Assembly (NCBI GenBank): GCA_963745025.1
Contig: CAVUWD010000011.1
Location: forward strand, 128,001 to 192,000
Reading direction: 5' to 3'
Length of the DNA stretch: 64,000 nt
Source of the DNA: an uncultured delta proteobacterium
GTDB lineage: Bacteria; Desulfobacterota; Binatia; JACPRU01
In this document: piece by piece, positions 19,608 to 29,431 of the stretch
Layout: every line of letters starts with the position of its first letter
Position numbering within the stretch: position 1 is the first letter of the stretch
Translations under genes and position numbers: made by a program
Notes under the pieces: generated by a model
Told to the model about the DNA's origin: nothing
Database searches by the model: none
The model's input: only the letters and a program-made list of their open reading frames with translations

Positions 19608-20965
19608 TCCGCGCGAACAGCACCGCCACGTCGTCCTCATACGCGACGCGCCAACCGGGGCGGTGTCGCAGGAGAGAGGCCAACGCACCCTGACGCGGCC
19701 AGAGCACGATCTCGGGATCACACCGCGCGAAAAATCGCTCCCAGCCGGCAACTCCGAACTGCGTGCGGGAATAGTCGCTGAGGAGCTCGGTTCCGTAGAC
19801 TTGCGTGCGCCCGTCGATCGACACCTGGGTCGCCGGATGACAGGCGGAAGATCAAGAAACCGCCCCAGTCGAAGTCGTTGAAGAGGCGCCGTCCCGCGTA
19901 GCGCTCCGCGATGACGTCGACGGCCGCGACCGGGAACGCGCCGGGCTCGATGTTCTCGCGCCATCCCCGCTCGCGGGGCGCGGCGGCGGCGAGACCCGCC
20001 ACGACGGCGACGGCGGCGACCCAGTGCAGGGCGAGCAATCCGACGCACGGCGGCGCTGTTCGCTCATTGGCCTCCGGCCATACACTGCCGAGAGCAAGTG
20101 CCAGCGTCGGCGCGGCGACGAGGCCGAAGATCGCCATGTTTTTCTGCGTCCAGAGCGCCAGCGCGAGAGAGCCGACGAAGCTCCCGACCTCGAAGGCGGA
20201 CGGACGGCGACGAGCGATGGCGAGCAGGATGATGCCGACGAGCAGAAGCACCGCGAAAAAGACGCCCGGGAGCTCGGCCAAGTCCGGCGAGCGGAACTCC
20301 GTGACGGCCCGAGCTGCGGCGGGTTGGACTGCCATCGTCGGCAGATGCGCGACGAGCCGCCAGCCGTAAGGGTTCAGCAGCACCGCGGCGGATGAGGCGA
20401 CGCTCAGCCATTCGAGCTCGTGGTCCCTCCGTCCCTCGAACGCCTTGGTGGCCGCCGCCAAGGCGAGAAGCGCCGGTCCGAGCCAGAAGAGAATGTGGCA
20501 GTTTGCCCAGAGCGCGACGATCAGGGGCGCGAGGCGTCGGGAACGCGACCCCGGTGGACTGAAAAGACAGCGAAGCAGCAACGCGAGGCACAGAAACGAC
20601 AAGGCCTGCGGACGCACGGACCAGCCTCCCGTGCCGGCAAGGCCGCCGAGCGCCGTCGCGACGACCGCAACGATTCGCCGCGCCCCGGCAGCGCGACACG
20701 AGGAATAAGAGGCCGCCACGATCGCCACGAGGAGCGCCGCCCCGCCCCAGCGCAGAGCGGCAAAGCCGAAGCGGGTCGCGACCAGATGAAACAAAACCTC
20801 TGGGAGCCAGCTGTACGCGATCCAGGGCTGTCCGGTGGCCGTGTACGAAAAGGGATCGGTCCACGGTACGGCTCGGTGCTGCACGATCCACTGTCCCGCG
20901 CTGAGATGCCACCAGAGGTCGTTGTCCTGTAGGCGCGCGCGAAGACCCGAGGCGGCGGGAAGCAT
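19600..20965 (-). pseudogene. Polytopic membrane protein, GT-C-like glycosyltransferase candidate, with +1 frameshift near 19840
   Basis: DNDLWWHL..G..I......DPFSYT, RPQ, LWANCH, NPYG motifs; the C-terminus (..QVSIDGRTQVYG...W...YEDDVAVLF) is in another frame after LIFRL. Confidence 0.65.
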
Positions 20966-21189
20966 GAGCAGAAAGACGAACGCGAGCCGCTCGACGTCGA
21001 GCGCGCGGAAGAGCGAGAAGAGGTCTCCGCGATTGCGCCGCGAATTGCCGCCCTTCGTAGGTGTTCCCCGGTCGATCGTGCCAATGTCCTACGGTTCGTC
21101 GATCGAAGAGACAAGCGTCTACCGAAACTTGGCGACGCGGCGGGTGTAACACCTCATTCTCGGTGGAATGCTCCGAGAAGACGAAGAGC

Positions 21190-21254
21190 GCGGTCGGTTG
21201 TGATCGGCCCGTACTCGGGTCGATCACAACCGACCGCAACCGCGCGGAGCGCGG
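21190..21254 (-). repeat. 65-bp double-hairpin element, copy A
   Basis: 22-bp arms 21190-21211 and 21216-21237 around TACT (1 mismatch), then AA and small hairpin CCGCGC-GGA-GCGCGG. Confidence 0.9.
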
Positions 21255-21348
21255 AAAACAATAACCCACCGAATCGGTTTGCGTCCTTTACAGTCGCTCC
21301 CGCTGGTCGCGACTCGTCTCCGATCAACCGAGCTACCGAGACTGCGTG

Positions 21349-21413
21349 CAGCGCTTCGCGCTGTTGCGCTTGGTTTTCATCGATCCGAGTACGGATCGAC
21401 GAAAACCAAGCGC
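21349..21413 (+). repeat. 65-bp double-hairpin element, copy B (inverted relative to A)
   Basis: CAGCGC-TTC-GCGCTG, TT, then arms 21366-21387 and 21392-21413 around AGTA (1 mismatch). Confidence 0.9.
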
Positions 21414-21531
21414 GCTTTTCGTAGCGTCGAGCACCCTGCTGAGGGGATCTCGGCGGCCGTCTTTGCGGTAGCCTCGGGGATCGGATACGCTATTCGGTGT
21501 CTGGCTTCCCTCGCGATGGAGGGTTCGAACG

Positions 21532-21771
21532 GTGTCCGAAGTTTCGCACGCTCGTCTGCTGCGTGACGAGTCCGGTCAGGCGATGACGGAGTACATCATC
21601 GTCGTGATCCTCGTGGCTCTGGCCGTGATGTTTTCGATGGGTCGATTCCATTCGGCGCTCGGGCGCAAGTATGGTTGCGCCTCGGCGCACGCGAGCAGGT
21701 TCGACGTCGACGACAAGAACTTCCCCCAGGGCGCGATACAGGAGAAGTGCACCGGCTTCGTCGAGAAGTGA
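21532..21771 (+). CDS. flp: Orphan Flp family pilin with two Cys
   Basis: RDESG|QAMTEYIIVVILVAL; GGAGG upstream of GTG; similar to the 16729 pilin in the N-terminal helix. Confidence 0.85.
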   Translation: MSEVSHARLLRDESGQAMTEYIIVVILVALAVMFSMGRFHSALGRKYGCASAHASRFDVDDKNFPQGAIQEKCTGFVEK

Positions 21772-21824
21772 GGAGCGGGGGCGGAGTAGACTCGGCGCTG
21801 CGGACCACGAGCCGCGGATACCGT

Positions 21825-23171
21825 TCAGGGAGAGGAAGCAGCCAGCTCCTCGAGGAACCTCGTGTGCGTGCTCCCCGCGCGGAAGCTCGGGTGCTCGAGG
21901 ATCTTCAGGTGGAGCGGGATGTTCGTCTTGATGCCTTCGATCGTGCACTCGGCGAGCGCGCCGCGCATGCGCTGCACAGAGTCGGCGCGGTCGCGGCCGT
22001 GTGCCACCACCTTGGCCACCAGCGAGTCGTAGTAGATCGGGATCGTGCAACCTACATGCAGATGCGTGTCGACACGGATCCCGAACCCGCCCGGCGGGAG
22101 GAACGCCGTCACCGTGCCGGGGCTCGGCAGCTGGGTTTCGGGGTCCTCGGCGTTGATGCGGCACTCGACCGCATGCCCGCGCGGCTGCACCGCATCCTGT
22201 GCGATCGACAGCGGCTCGCCGGCAGCTGCGCGAATGCTCTCCTGCACGATGTCGATTCCGGTCGTCATCTCCGTCACGGGATGCTCCACCTGGACGCGGG
22301 TGTTCATCTCGATGAAGTAGAAAGCGCGGTCCGGTGCGAGCAGGAACTCGATCGTGCCGACGTTGTTGTAGCCGACGACTTGCGCGGCCCGCACCGCGAT
22401 GCGGCCCATTTGGGCGCGCAGCGGCGGGTCGAGCGCGGGCGAAGGTGTCTCTTCGAGCAGCTTCTGGTAGCGCCGCTGGATCGAGCAGTCCCGCTCGCCG
22501 AGATGGATCACTTGCTTGTGCTGGTCGGCGACGATCTGAAACTCGATGTGGCGGGCTCGCTCGAGGTACTTCTCGACGTAGACCTGACTGTTGCCGAACG
22601 ACGCTTCTCCCTCGGCCTGCGCCACCTGGAACACGCGGACCAGCTCGGCGTCGCTCTTGGCGATCCGCAGCCCCCGCCCGCCCCCGCCCGCCGCCGCCTT
22701 GAGCAGCACGGGATAGCCGACGTCGCGGGCCACCTTCTTCGCTTCCTCGGCGTCGTTCACCGCTCCGAGCGATCCCGACAGCACGGGAATCTCCGCCCGC
22801 GCCATCATTTTGCGGGCGCGCGGCTTGTCCCCCATCAGCCGGATCGCGCGCACGCGTGGTCCGATGAACGTGATCCCCGAGCTCTGGCAGGCCTCCGCGA
22901 AGTCGCCGTTCTCGGAGAGGAAGCCGTAGCCGGGATGGATCGCATCGGCGCGCAGCGTCAGCGCCGCGCCGATGATCGCGGGGATGTTGAGGTAGCTCTC
23001 CTCCACGCTCGGCGGCCCGATGCAGACGCGCTCGTCCGCCATGCGCACGTGCAGCGCCTCGCGGTCCGCTGTCGAGAACACCGCCACGGTGGGCACGCCG
23101 AGCACGCGCGCGGCGCGGATGATGCGCACGGCGATCTCACCACGGTTGGCGACGAGGATCTTCCTGAACAT
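21825..23171 (-). CDS. accC: Acetyl-CoA carboxylase, biotin carboxylase subunit
   Basis: MFRKILVANRGEIA, HPGYGFLSEN, GGGGRG, ERDCSIQRR, EMNTRVQVEHPVTE, YYDSLVAK. Confidence 0.95.
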   Translation of the reverse strand: MFRKILVANRGEIAVRIIRAARVLGVPTVAVFSTADREALHVRMADERVCIGPPSVEESYLNIPAIIGAALTLRADAIHPGYGFLSENGDFAEACQSSGITFIGPRVRAIRLMGDKPRARKMMARAEIPVLSGSLGAVNDAEEAKKVARDVGYPVLLKAAAGGGGRGLRIAKSDAELVRVFQVAQAEGEASFGNSQVYVEKYLERARHIEFQIVADQHKQVIHLGERDCSIQRRYQKLLEETPSPALDPPLRAQMGRIAVRAAQVVGYNNVGTIEFLLAPDRAFYFIEMNTRVQVEHPVTEMTTGIDIVQESIRAAAGEPLSIAQDAVQPRGHAVECRINAEDPETQLPSPGTVTAFLPPGGFGIRVDTHLHVGCTIPIYYDSLVAKVVAHGRDRADSVQRMRGALAECTIEGIKTNIPLHLKILEHPSFRAGSTHTRFLEELAASSP

Positions 23172-23277
23172 CGGCTTCGGCCGTCCGCTACCCAGCGCGC
23201 CGGCTAGACTAAGCCACACTCCGCGGGCACCCTCAAGCGCCCGCGCTCAGCACCTCTGGAGCGGCGGCCGGGGGCGC

Positions 23278-24606
23278 TCACGAGGCGGAGAGGTATTCGA
23301 GCGCGGCGGCGGCTGCCCGCTCGCCGCTCACCACCGCGCTCTCCAACGTCGCCGGCAGGCCCGTGTCGGTCCAGTCGCCGGCGAGAAAGAGGTTGGCGAT
23401 CCTCGTGCGGGTGCCCGGCCGCAGGCGCTGCTCCGCCGGAGTGGCGGCGTACGTCGCGCTCGCTTCCTTCACGGCGAGCGCATCCGCGAGATCGAAGCCT
23501 CGAGTGTGCGGCAGGTAGCGGTCGACCGCGCCGCGAGCGATGCGCACGAGGTCTTCCACCGGCTCGCCCACCAAGCCGTGTGCGCCACTCGCCACCAACG
23601 TCAGGTACCGGCCGCGATCGGGCTGCATCGGCGGGGTGAACAGCCAGTGGATCGGGCCGTCGAGAAAGCCCGCCATGCGCGGAGCAGGAAAGGCCTCCCT
23701 GAACCAGAGATGGACCGAGACGATCGGCGACGGGCGAAGTTGGTCGAGCGTGGCGAAGCCTTCGGCCGCTCGCAGCGAATCGGGCAGCAGCGGCTCGAGC
23801 GCAGGAGGAGGAACCGCGAGTACGATCGCGTCGGCGTCGACGTCCGGACGTCCCTGCAGGGAGACGCGCACCGCCCGGCCGCCCTCCAGCACGACGCCGC
23901 GCGCGGAGGGGCCGGTCTCGACGGCACCGCCCGCCGCCTCGATCGCACGAGCAGCCGGCTCGGCGCAGAGATCGGACAGACCGACGCGCGGAAAGACGAT
24001 GCGCGAAGCGGCGGCCGGCGCGAAGAACACCCGGCGCAGCACCTCGGCGAACAGATCCGCCGAGGCGCGCTCGGGCAGCTCGTTCAGGACGGCGATCGCC
24101 AGCGGGTTCCAGAAGCAGGTGCACAGGTTCTGGCTCTGGCCGGCCGATGCGAGCGCCTGCGCCACCGTGACCGCGGATCCACCGCGGTAGCCGAGCGCGA
24201 TCCGCAAGCCACCCAGGACGAGCCGCAGACGCTCCCCCGGCGACAACAGCGTGTAACGCATGGCTCCGAGCGTCAGGTGCAGCGGGCTCGGCGCAGCGGC
24301 GCACCGAAAGGTCGCCGGGCCTCGCTCGGGATGCAGAAACGGCACGCAGAGCTGCGGCTGCACCTCGACGCGGTCACGCGCGCCGATGCGCTCGAGGAAG
24401 CCGAGCGTGGCGCGGTAGCAGCCCATGAGCAGATGCTGTCCATTGTCGACGGTGTGCCCCGCCTCGCGAGCGCGGTACGAGTAGGCGCGGCCGCCCAGCA
24501 CGGCGCGCTTCTCGATCAACCGTACCTCTGCGCCGCGCTCGGCAAGCCCGAGCGCGGCACAGAGGCCTGCCCAACCCCCACCCACCACCACGACGCGCTT
24601 CTTCAC
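23278..24606 (-). CDS. hpnE: Hydroxysqualene dehydroxylase HpnE
   Basis: FAD motif VVGGGWAGL, LGGRAYS, DNGQHLLMGCY, LAGDWTDTGLPATLESAV; GTG overlaps the restored hpnD stop (GTGA). Confidence 0.9.
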   Translation of the reverse strand: MKKRVVVVGGGWAGLCAALGLAERGAEVRLIEKRAVLGGRAYSYRAREAGHTVDNGQHLLMGCYRATLGFLERIGARDRVEVQPQLCVPFLHPERGPATFRCAAAPSPLHLTLGAMRYTLLSPGERLRLVLGGLRIALGYRGGSAVTVAQALASAGQSQNLCTCFWNPLAIAVLNELPERASADLFAEVLRRVFFAPAAASRIVFPRVGLSDLCAEPAARAIEAAGGAVETGPSARGVVLEGGRAVRVSLQGRPDVDADAIVLAVPPPALEPLLPDSLRAAEGFATLDQLRPSPIVSVHLWFREAFPAPRMAGFLDGPIHWLFTPPMQPDRGRYLTLVASGAHGLVGEPVEDLVRIARGAVDRYLPHTRGFDLADALAVKEASATYAATPAEQRLRPGTRTRIANLFLAGDWTDTGLPATLESAVVSGERAAAAALEYLSAS

Positions 24607-25458
24607 GGAGAGAGCGCTCCGATCCACATCGACGCCGCGAGCGCCGCCTTACGACTGCGCGACAGGCCGAGTCGGCGACCGAACACGAAGTAGCGCTCCT
24701 CCACAATGCGATCGAGCACCTCCTCGTAGGTGCGGCGCATGACTTCGGCCGGGCGAAGGCTCGCCGCGTCCTCGGGGGAGCAGCCGCTCGGCCGAACGGT
24801 AGTAGCGCCGCGCCCGATCGCTCTCGAACTCCATGAGCGCGACGAAGCGCCGGTTGTAGACGCCGCGCAAGACGTCCTCGGTGGGCACGCCGAAGCGGGC
24901 TAGGTCCTCCTCGGGCAGATACACGCGATCGCGCTCGGCGTCTTCCGAGAGATCCCGCAGAATGTTCGTCAGCTGAAGCGCGAGGCCCACGTCGACGGCG
25001 TACTCGCGGGCGCGTGGGTTCGTATACCCGAAGATCTCGATCGAGGCGAGGCCGACCGCAGAAGCGACCCTCCGGCAGTAGAGCTCGAGCTCGTCGAAGG
25101 TCGCGTAGCGGCGCTTGACGAGGTCCATCTCGACGCCGTCGATGACCGCCGCGAGCGCGGACTGCGGCACCGGAAACTGCTTGAGCGAAGCCGCCAGCGC
25201 AACCGTGACCGGGTGAAGCGGAGCGCCCTGATAACAGCGCTCGAGCTCGGCTCGCCACTCGCCGATCAGGCGAGGCGCGGCGGCGGGATCCGCCTCGTCC
25301 GCGGCGTCGTCCACGGCGCGGCAGAACGCATACACGGCATAGAGCGCATTGCGCCGCGCAGGCGGTAGCAGCCGCAGCGTGTAATAGAAGCTCGAAGCGC
25401 TTCGCCGGGCGACATCCCCGCAGAAGCGAAAATCGTTGGCGAGGTCGGTGTGGAGCAT
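24603..25458 (-). pseudogene. hpnD: Presqualene diphosphate synthase HpnD with frameshift at the G5 run 24774-24778
   Basis: SSFYY, YAFCRAVDD, YCRRVASAVG, LQLTNILRD; the C-terminus EDAASLRPAEVMRRTYEEVLDRI continues in another frame to a TGA coupled to hpnE. Confidence 0.8.
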
Positions 25459-25460
25459 CG

Positions 25461-26315
25461 CTACGCCCCCACCAACCCGAGCGTCAACAGACGGAGCTTG
25501 TCGCGTGCGGTGAGCCGCGGCCGGCATTCGACCGGCGAGTAGCCACCTTGCTCGAGGCGCTTCAGGATCGTCAGCCCTCCGCTCGCAAACATGCGCACCT
25601 CGCGCCCGACCCGCCGGTTCACGTGCTCGGCCAGCGGCAGGCCGCGCGCAAAGAGCTCGCGCGTGCGCTCGACCTCGAAGCGCACGAGCGAGCGCAACCC
25701 CTTCGGGCTCTGGCCTGCCTCCAGCGTGCCGCGGTTCACGTCGAAGCGCTCGAGGTCCTCCAGAGGCAGATACAGCCGGCCGCGGGCGAGATCCACGCCG
25801 AGGTCCTGCCAGAAGTTCGTGAGCTGAAGCGCCGTACAGATGTCGTCCGAGAGCCGCCAGAGGTTCTCGTCGCGGTAACCGAAGAGCGAGAGCACGAGCC
25901 TCCCGACGGGATTGGCGGAGTTGCAACAATAGTCGAGGAGATCCGCGAACGTCGCAAACGGCCGAAAGGCGGCGTCGTAGCGAAATGCCTGCAACAAATC
26001 GCGAAGCGGCTCGACAGGCAAGTCGCATTCGCGGATCGTCGCACCGAGCGCGACGAACACGGGATGCGTCGAGACCCCGCGCAGACATCCGTCCAATCGC
26101 TCCTCCCAGCAATCCAACCCTGCGAGCTTGTCGCCGGTCGGTAGATCCCCGTCCGCAATGTCATCGGCGAGCCGCGCATAGGCATACACCGCAGCCAGAT
26201 GCCGCCGCTTTGCGCGCGGCAGGAAGAGCGATCCGATGAAGAAGTTCTCGGGATGCGAGCGCGCCAAGCGCACGCAGTAGCGGAACGAGAGCTCGCGATC
26301 GATCGACGTCGCCAA
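25461..26315 (-). CDS. hpnC: Squalene synthase-like HpnC
   Basis: HPENFFIGS, YAYARLADDIAD, YCCNSANPVGRLVL, LQLTNFWQD. Confidence 0.9.
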   Translation of the reverse strand: MATSIDRELSFRYCVRLARSHPENFFIGSLFLPRAKRRHLAAVYAYARLADDIADGDLPTGDKLAGLDCWEERLDGCLRGVSTHPVFVALGATIRECDLPVEPLRDLLQAFRYDAAFRPFATFADLLDYCCNSANPVGRLVLSLFGYRDENLWRLSDDICTALQLTNFWQDLGVDLARGRLYLPLEDLERFDVNRGTLEAGQSPKGLRSLVRFEVERTRELFARGLPLAEHVNRRVGREVRMFASGGLTILKRLEQGGYSPVECRPRLTARDKLRLLTLGLVGA

Positions 26316-26556
26316 GGAGCTATCCCGACACCGACACCGACACCGCCGTCATCACCGCGGCCGTGCCGGCGCCAGGACCGACGACGGCGGTACTTCTGCG
26401 GATCCACGCCACGCGCCTTGGCCAGCCCGTCGAGCGAGAGAGACTACATCGGCAGATCGACACTGAGATTCTCGATTCCGACGTCTCGCATCGTTCGATC
26501 CATTTCCTCGGTGAATTCCCCGAAGACTCCCCTCACCCGGCGGTTCGCGCCAACCT

Positions 26557-28527
26557 CTACCCAGCCAGCGGGGCAACCGCGAGGCGCTCGGCGAACTGGC
26601 CGAGCGCCATCAGCGGGAAGTACGCGCGATACATCCAGTAGCGGAGGTAGAAGTGCCCCGGGAATCCGGTCCCCGTGAATTCGTCCTCGGCCCAGAAGCC
26701 GTCTTCGCCCTGGGTGCGCACGAGGTACTCGACGGCACGGACGAGCTCAGGGCTGACGCCTTGCTCCCCAGCGAGCAGGCCGAGAACCGCCCAGGCCGTC
26801 TGTGACGCCGTGCTCCGGCCCCGGCCCGCGAGCGACGGATCGTCGTACGAGCGGCAGTCTTCGCCGTAGCCGCCGTCGTCGTTCTGAACCGACTTGAGCC
26901 AACGCACGGCGCGACGGAGGGGTTCTCCACCGAGGTCTTCGCCGAGCGCCCGCAGTCCGGCGAGCACCGACCACGTGCCGTAGACGTAGTTCACCCCCCA
27001 GCGCCCCCACCACGCGCCGAACGGCTCCTGGGTGCGGCGCAAGAACTCGACGGCACGCGCGGCGCGCGGATCGTTCGCGTCGAAGTGATACGACCCCATG
27101 AGCTCGAGCATGCGTCCGGTGACGTCGGCGGTCGGCGGATCGATCATCGCTTTCATGTCCGCGAACGGAATGCGGTTCAGAAGATCGAGCGTGTTGTCGG
27201 TGTCGAACGCCCCCCAGCCGCCGTTCGCGCTCTGCATGCCGATCGTCCAGGTGAGGCCGCGCTTGATCGCGTCCTCCTTCCGCCGCGCCTCCGAGTGGCG
27301 GATGCGCCGGAGCACCATGAGGATCACCGCCGCGTCGTCGACGTCGGGATACCAGTCGTTGGCGAACTCGAACGCCCAGCCGCCTGGCTGTAACGTCGGG
27401 TTCTTGATCGACCAGTCGCCGGGCTTCTGAATTTGCTGCTCGACGAGCCACCCCGCCGCCTTGACGAGCGCCGGATGGTCTTCTGCCATCCCCGAGTCGA
27501 GCAGCGCCTTGGCGGCAAGCGCGGTATCCCAGACGGGAGACACGCAAGGCTGCGCGATCAGATGGCCGGTCGGGATCTCCATGAGGAAGTCGTCGACCGC
27601 CTGGATGCCCTTGGCGATTCCGGGATGGTCCGCGGGGTAGCCGGCGGCCTTGAGCGCCATCGGACCGTTCACCATCGGTGGCTGGATCCCGCCCCAGCCG
27701 CCGTTGCGGTCCTGGTGCTGGATCGTCCATTCGCAAGCGGCTTGGATCGCCCGGCGGCGCAGAGGATGGAACGGCAGCCGGTCCCAAAGCTTGAGCACGC
27801 GATCGGCGACGAGAAAGAAATTGTCGAGCGAGAACGTCGTGTACGGTCGGCTGACGTAGAGCTCGCCCGCGCGCGCAGGGTCGCGGTAGAGCTCACGAAC
27901 CGTGAAGCCTGCGGGGGTCTTGGCGCGGGGCCGAAACGCCATCAGCACGAGCAGCGGCACCACCGTACCACGCGCCCAGCTCGACATCTCGTAGATGCTG
28001 AAGCCGCTGCGCGGGGGCACGAACATCAGCTCGGGGGGCAACGTCGGCACCGCGGTCCACGGCACTTCGCCGAAGTAGGCGAGGAAGATCTTGCTGAACA
28101 CCCCCGCACGCTCGAGCCCACCGCGCTCGAGAATGAATCCGCGCGCCCGCTCGAGCACCGGATCGTTCTCCGCCGCGCCCATCAGGCGCAGCGCCGTATA
28201 CGCTTCGACGGTGACGCTCAGATGTCCCGGGCCGTTCTCGAAGAGCGGCCAGCTTCCCTCGGACTGCTGCGTCGAGCGGATGTGGGCAACCAGACGCTTC
28301 TCCACCTCCGGCCGCTCCCGCTCGAGGAAGCGATTGAAGAAGATGCACTGCGCGTCCATCGTGACGTTGGCCTCGAGCGGAGCGTGCCAATAGCCTTCGG
28401 AAGACTGGAGCGAGAGAAAGCGGTTCTGGGCGCGCTCAACCGCCTGCCGCACCCCGGCCGCGAGATCGGATCCCCCGCTTGCTTCTTCCGAGCGGAGCTC
28501 ACGCGCTTCCGCAATTCGATTTTGCAT
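26557..28527 (-). CDS. shc: Squalene-hopene cyclase
   Basis: DVDD catalytic motif (YPDVDDAAV), QW repeats, QPCVSPVWDT, WGVNYVYGT, FTGTGFP; AGGAGG upstream of ATG 28527. Confidence 0.95.
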   Translation of the reverse strand: MQNRIAEARELRSEEASGGSDLAAGVRQAVERAQNRFLSLQSSEGYWHAPLEANVTMDAQCIFFNRFLERERPEVEKRLVAHIRSTQQSEGSWPLFENGPGHLSVTVEAYTALRLMGAAENDPVLERARGFILERGGLERAGVFSKIFLAYFGEVPWTAVPTLPPELMFVPPRSGFSIYEMSSWARGTVVPLLVLMAFRPRAKTPAGFTVRELYRDPARAGELYVSRPYTTFSLDNFFLVADRVLKLWDRLPFHPLRRRAIQAACEWTIQHQDRNGGWGGIQPPMVNGPMALKAAGYPADHPGIAKGIQAVDDFLMEIPTGHLIAQPCVSPVWDTALAAKALLDSGMAEDHPALVKAAGWLVEQQIQKPGDWSIKNPTLQPGGWAFEFANDWYPDVDDAAVILMVLRRIRHSEARRKEDAIKRGLTWTIGMQSANGGWGAFDTDNTLDLLNRIPFADMKAMIDPPTADVTGRMLELMGSYHFDANDPRAARAVEFLRRTQEPFGAWWGRWGVNYVYGTWSVLAGLRALGEDLGGEPLRRAVRWLKSVQNDDGGYGEDCRSYDDPSLAGRGRSTASQTAWAVLGLLAGEQGVSPELVRAVEYLVRTQGEDGFWAEDEFTGTGFPGHFYLRYWMYRAYFPLMALGQFAERLAVAPLAG

Positions 28528-29431
28528 CCTCGACCTCCTGCGGAGTCCCCGAGCCGATCCGGGTGGAAAACGCATCGAAGCCCGCGGCGCGAAGCGCTTC
28601 GGCGACGCGCACGGCCGAAGAAGGAGCGAGCGCGATGATCACCCCTCCACCTCCCGCCCCCGACAGCTTGGCGCCGAGCGCGCCCGCGCCGCGCGCGACG
28701 GCGACCATCCGTTCGAGTGTCGGCGTCGAAACGCCGAACGCGTTGAGGAGCCCCTGCGCGGTGTCCATCAGCGTGCCGAAGCTCTCCCAATCGCCCGCCT
28801 CGAGGGCCTCTCGTCCCGCGCGGACGACGTCGCCCGCGAGCTGGAACAGGCGCCCGTAGAGCTCGGGCCGCTTCGCATGCCGATCGCGCAGACGGGCGAC
28901 CGGTCCCGCCGTGCTGCGCGGATCTCCGCTCATGCCGACCACGAGATCGATCGCCCGAGCGGGGCGCAGCGGCTCGATGCGCGGCGGATTCGAGCGCTCG
29001 AACCAGACGACGCCCCCCGATGCCGACGCCGCCACGTCGACGCCGGACGCCGTGCCGTGGAAGACGTCTTCCACACGGCTCGCGCGGGCGTGGATCTCTT
29101 GGTCGGATAGGGCGCGGCCGCTGAGCGACGCCAGGGCTCGAACCAACGCAAGGCTGAGAGCCGCCGAGCTGCCGAGACCGCAGGCCGGCGGGATGTCGGA
29201 CACAACTTCGATCGCGAGGCGTGCAGGGTCGAGCTCGAGATCATGCGCCGCCACCGCGACCGCGCGCTGGAATTTGGCGTCGGAGGAGGCGGGCGGGCCG
29301 CCGTCGAGCCGTACGCGCACCTCGAGACGGCGATCGATGGCCGCGGCGATCGCCGGCGCTCCGAACACGACGCTGTGCTCGCCGAGGAGGATGACCTTCC
29401 CGGGCGCGGAGGCGGACACGCTCGAGCTCAT
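28499..29431 (-). CDS. mvaK1: Mevalonate kinase
   Basis: APGKVILLGEHSVV, PPACGLGSSAA, HGTASGVD, KLSGAGGGG (GHMP kinase). Confidence 0.9.
   Translation of the reverse strand: MSSSVSASAPGKVILLGEHSVVFGAPAIAAAIDRRLEVRVRLDGGPPASSDAKFQRAVAVAAHDLELDPARLAIEVVSDIPPACGLGSSAALSLALVRALASLSGRALSDQEIHARASRVEDVFHGTASGVDVAASASGGVVWFERSNPPRIEPLRPARAIDLVVGMSGDPRSTAGPVARLRDRHAKRPELYGRLFQLAGDVVRAGREALEAGDWESFGTLMDTAQGLLNAFGVSTPTLERMVAVARGAGALGAKLSGAGGGGVIIALAPSSAVRVAEALRAAGFDAFSTRIGSGTPQEVEDAKSNCGSA

Noticed and set aside
21190-21413. Hairpin elements as CRISPR repeats, integron attC sites or retron msr-msd
   Set aside because: No regular repeat-spacer array or cas genes, no RYYYAAC/GTTRRRY ends or integrase, and no reverse transcriptase in the window.
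24649-26112. 487-aa ORF suggesting an extended or fused HpnD
   Set aside because: The N-terminal part overlaps hpnC in another frame; HpnD motifs begin at ATG 25458.
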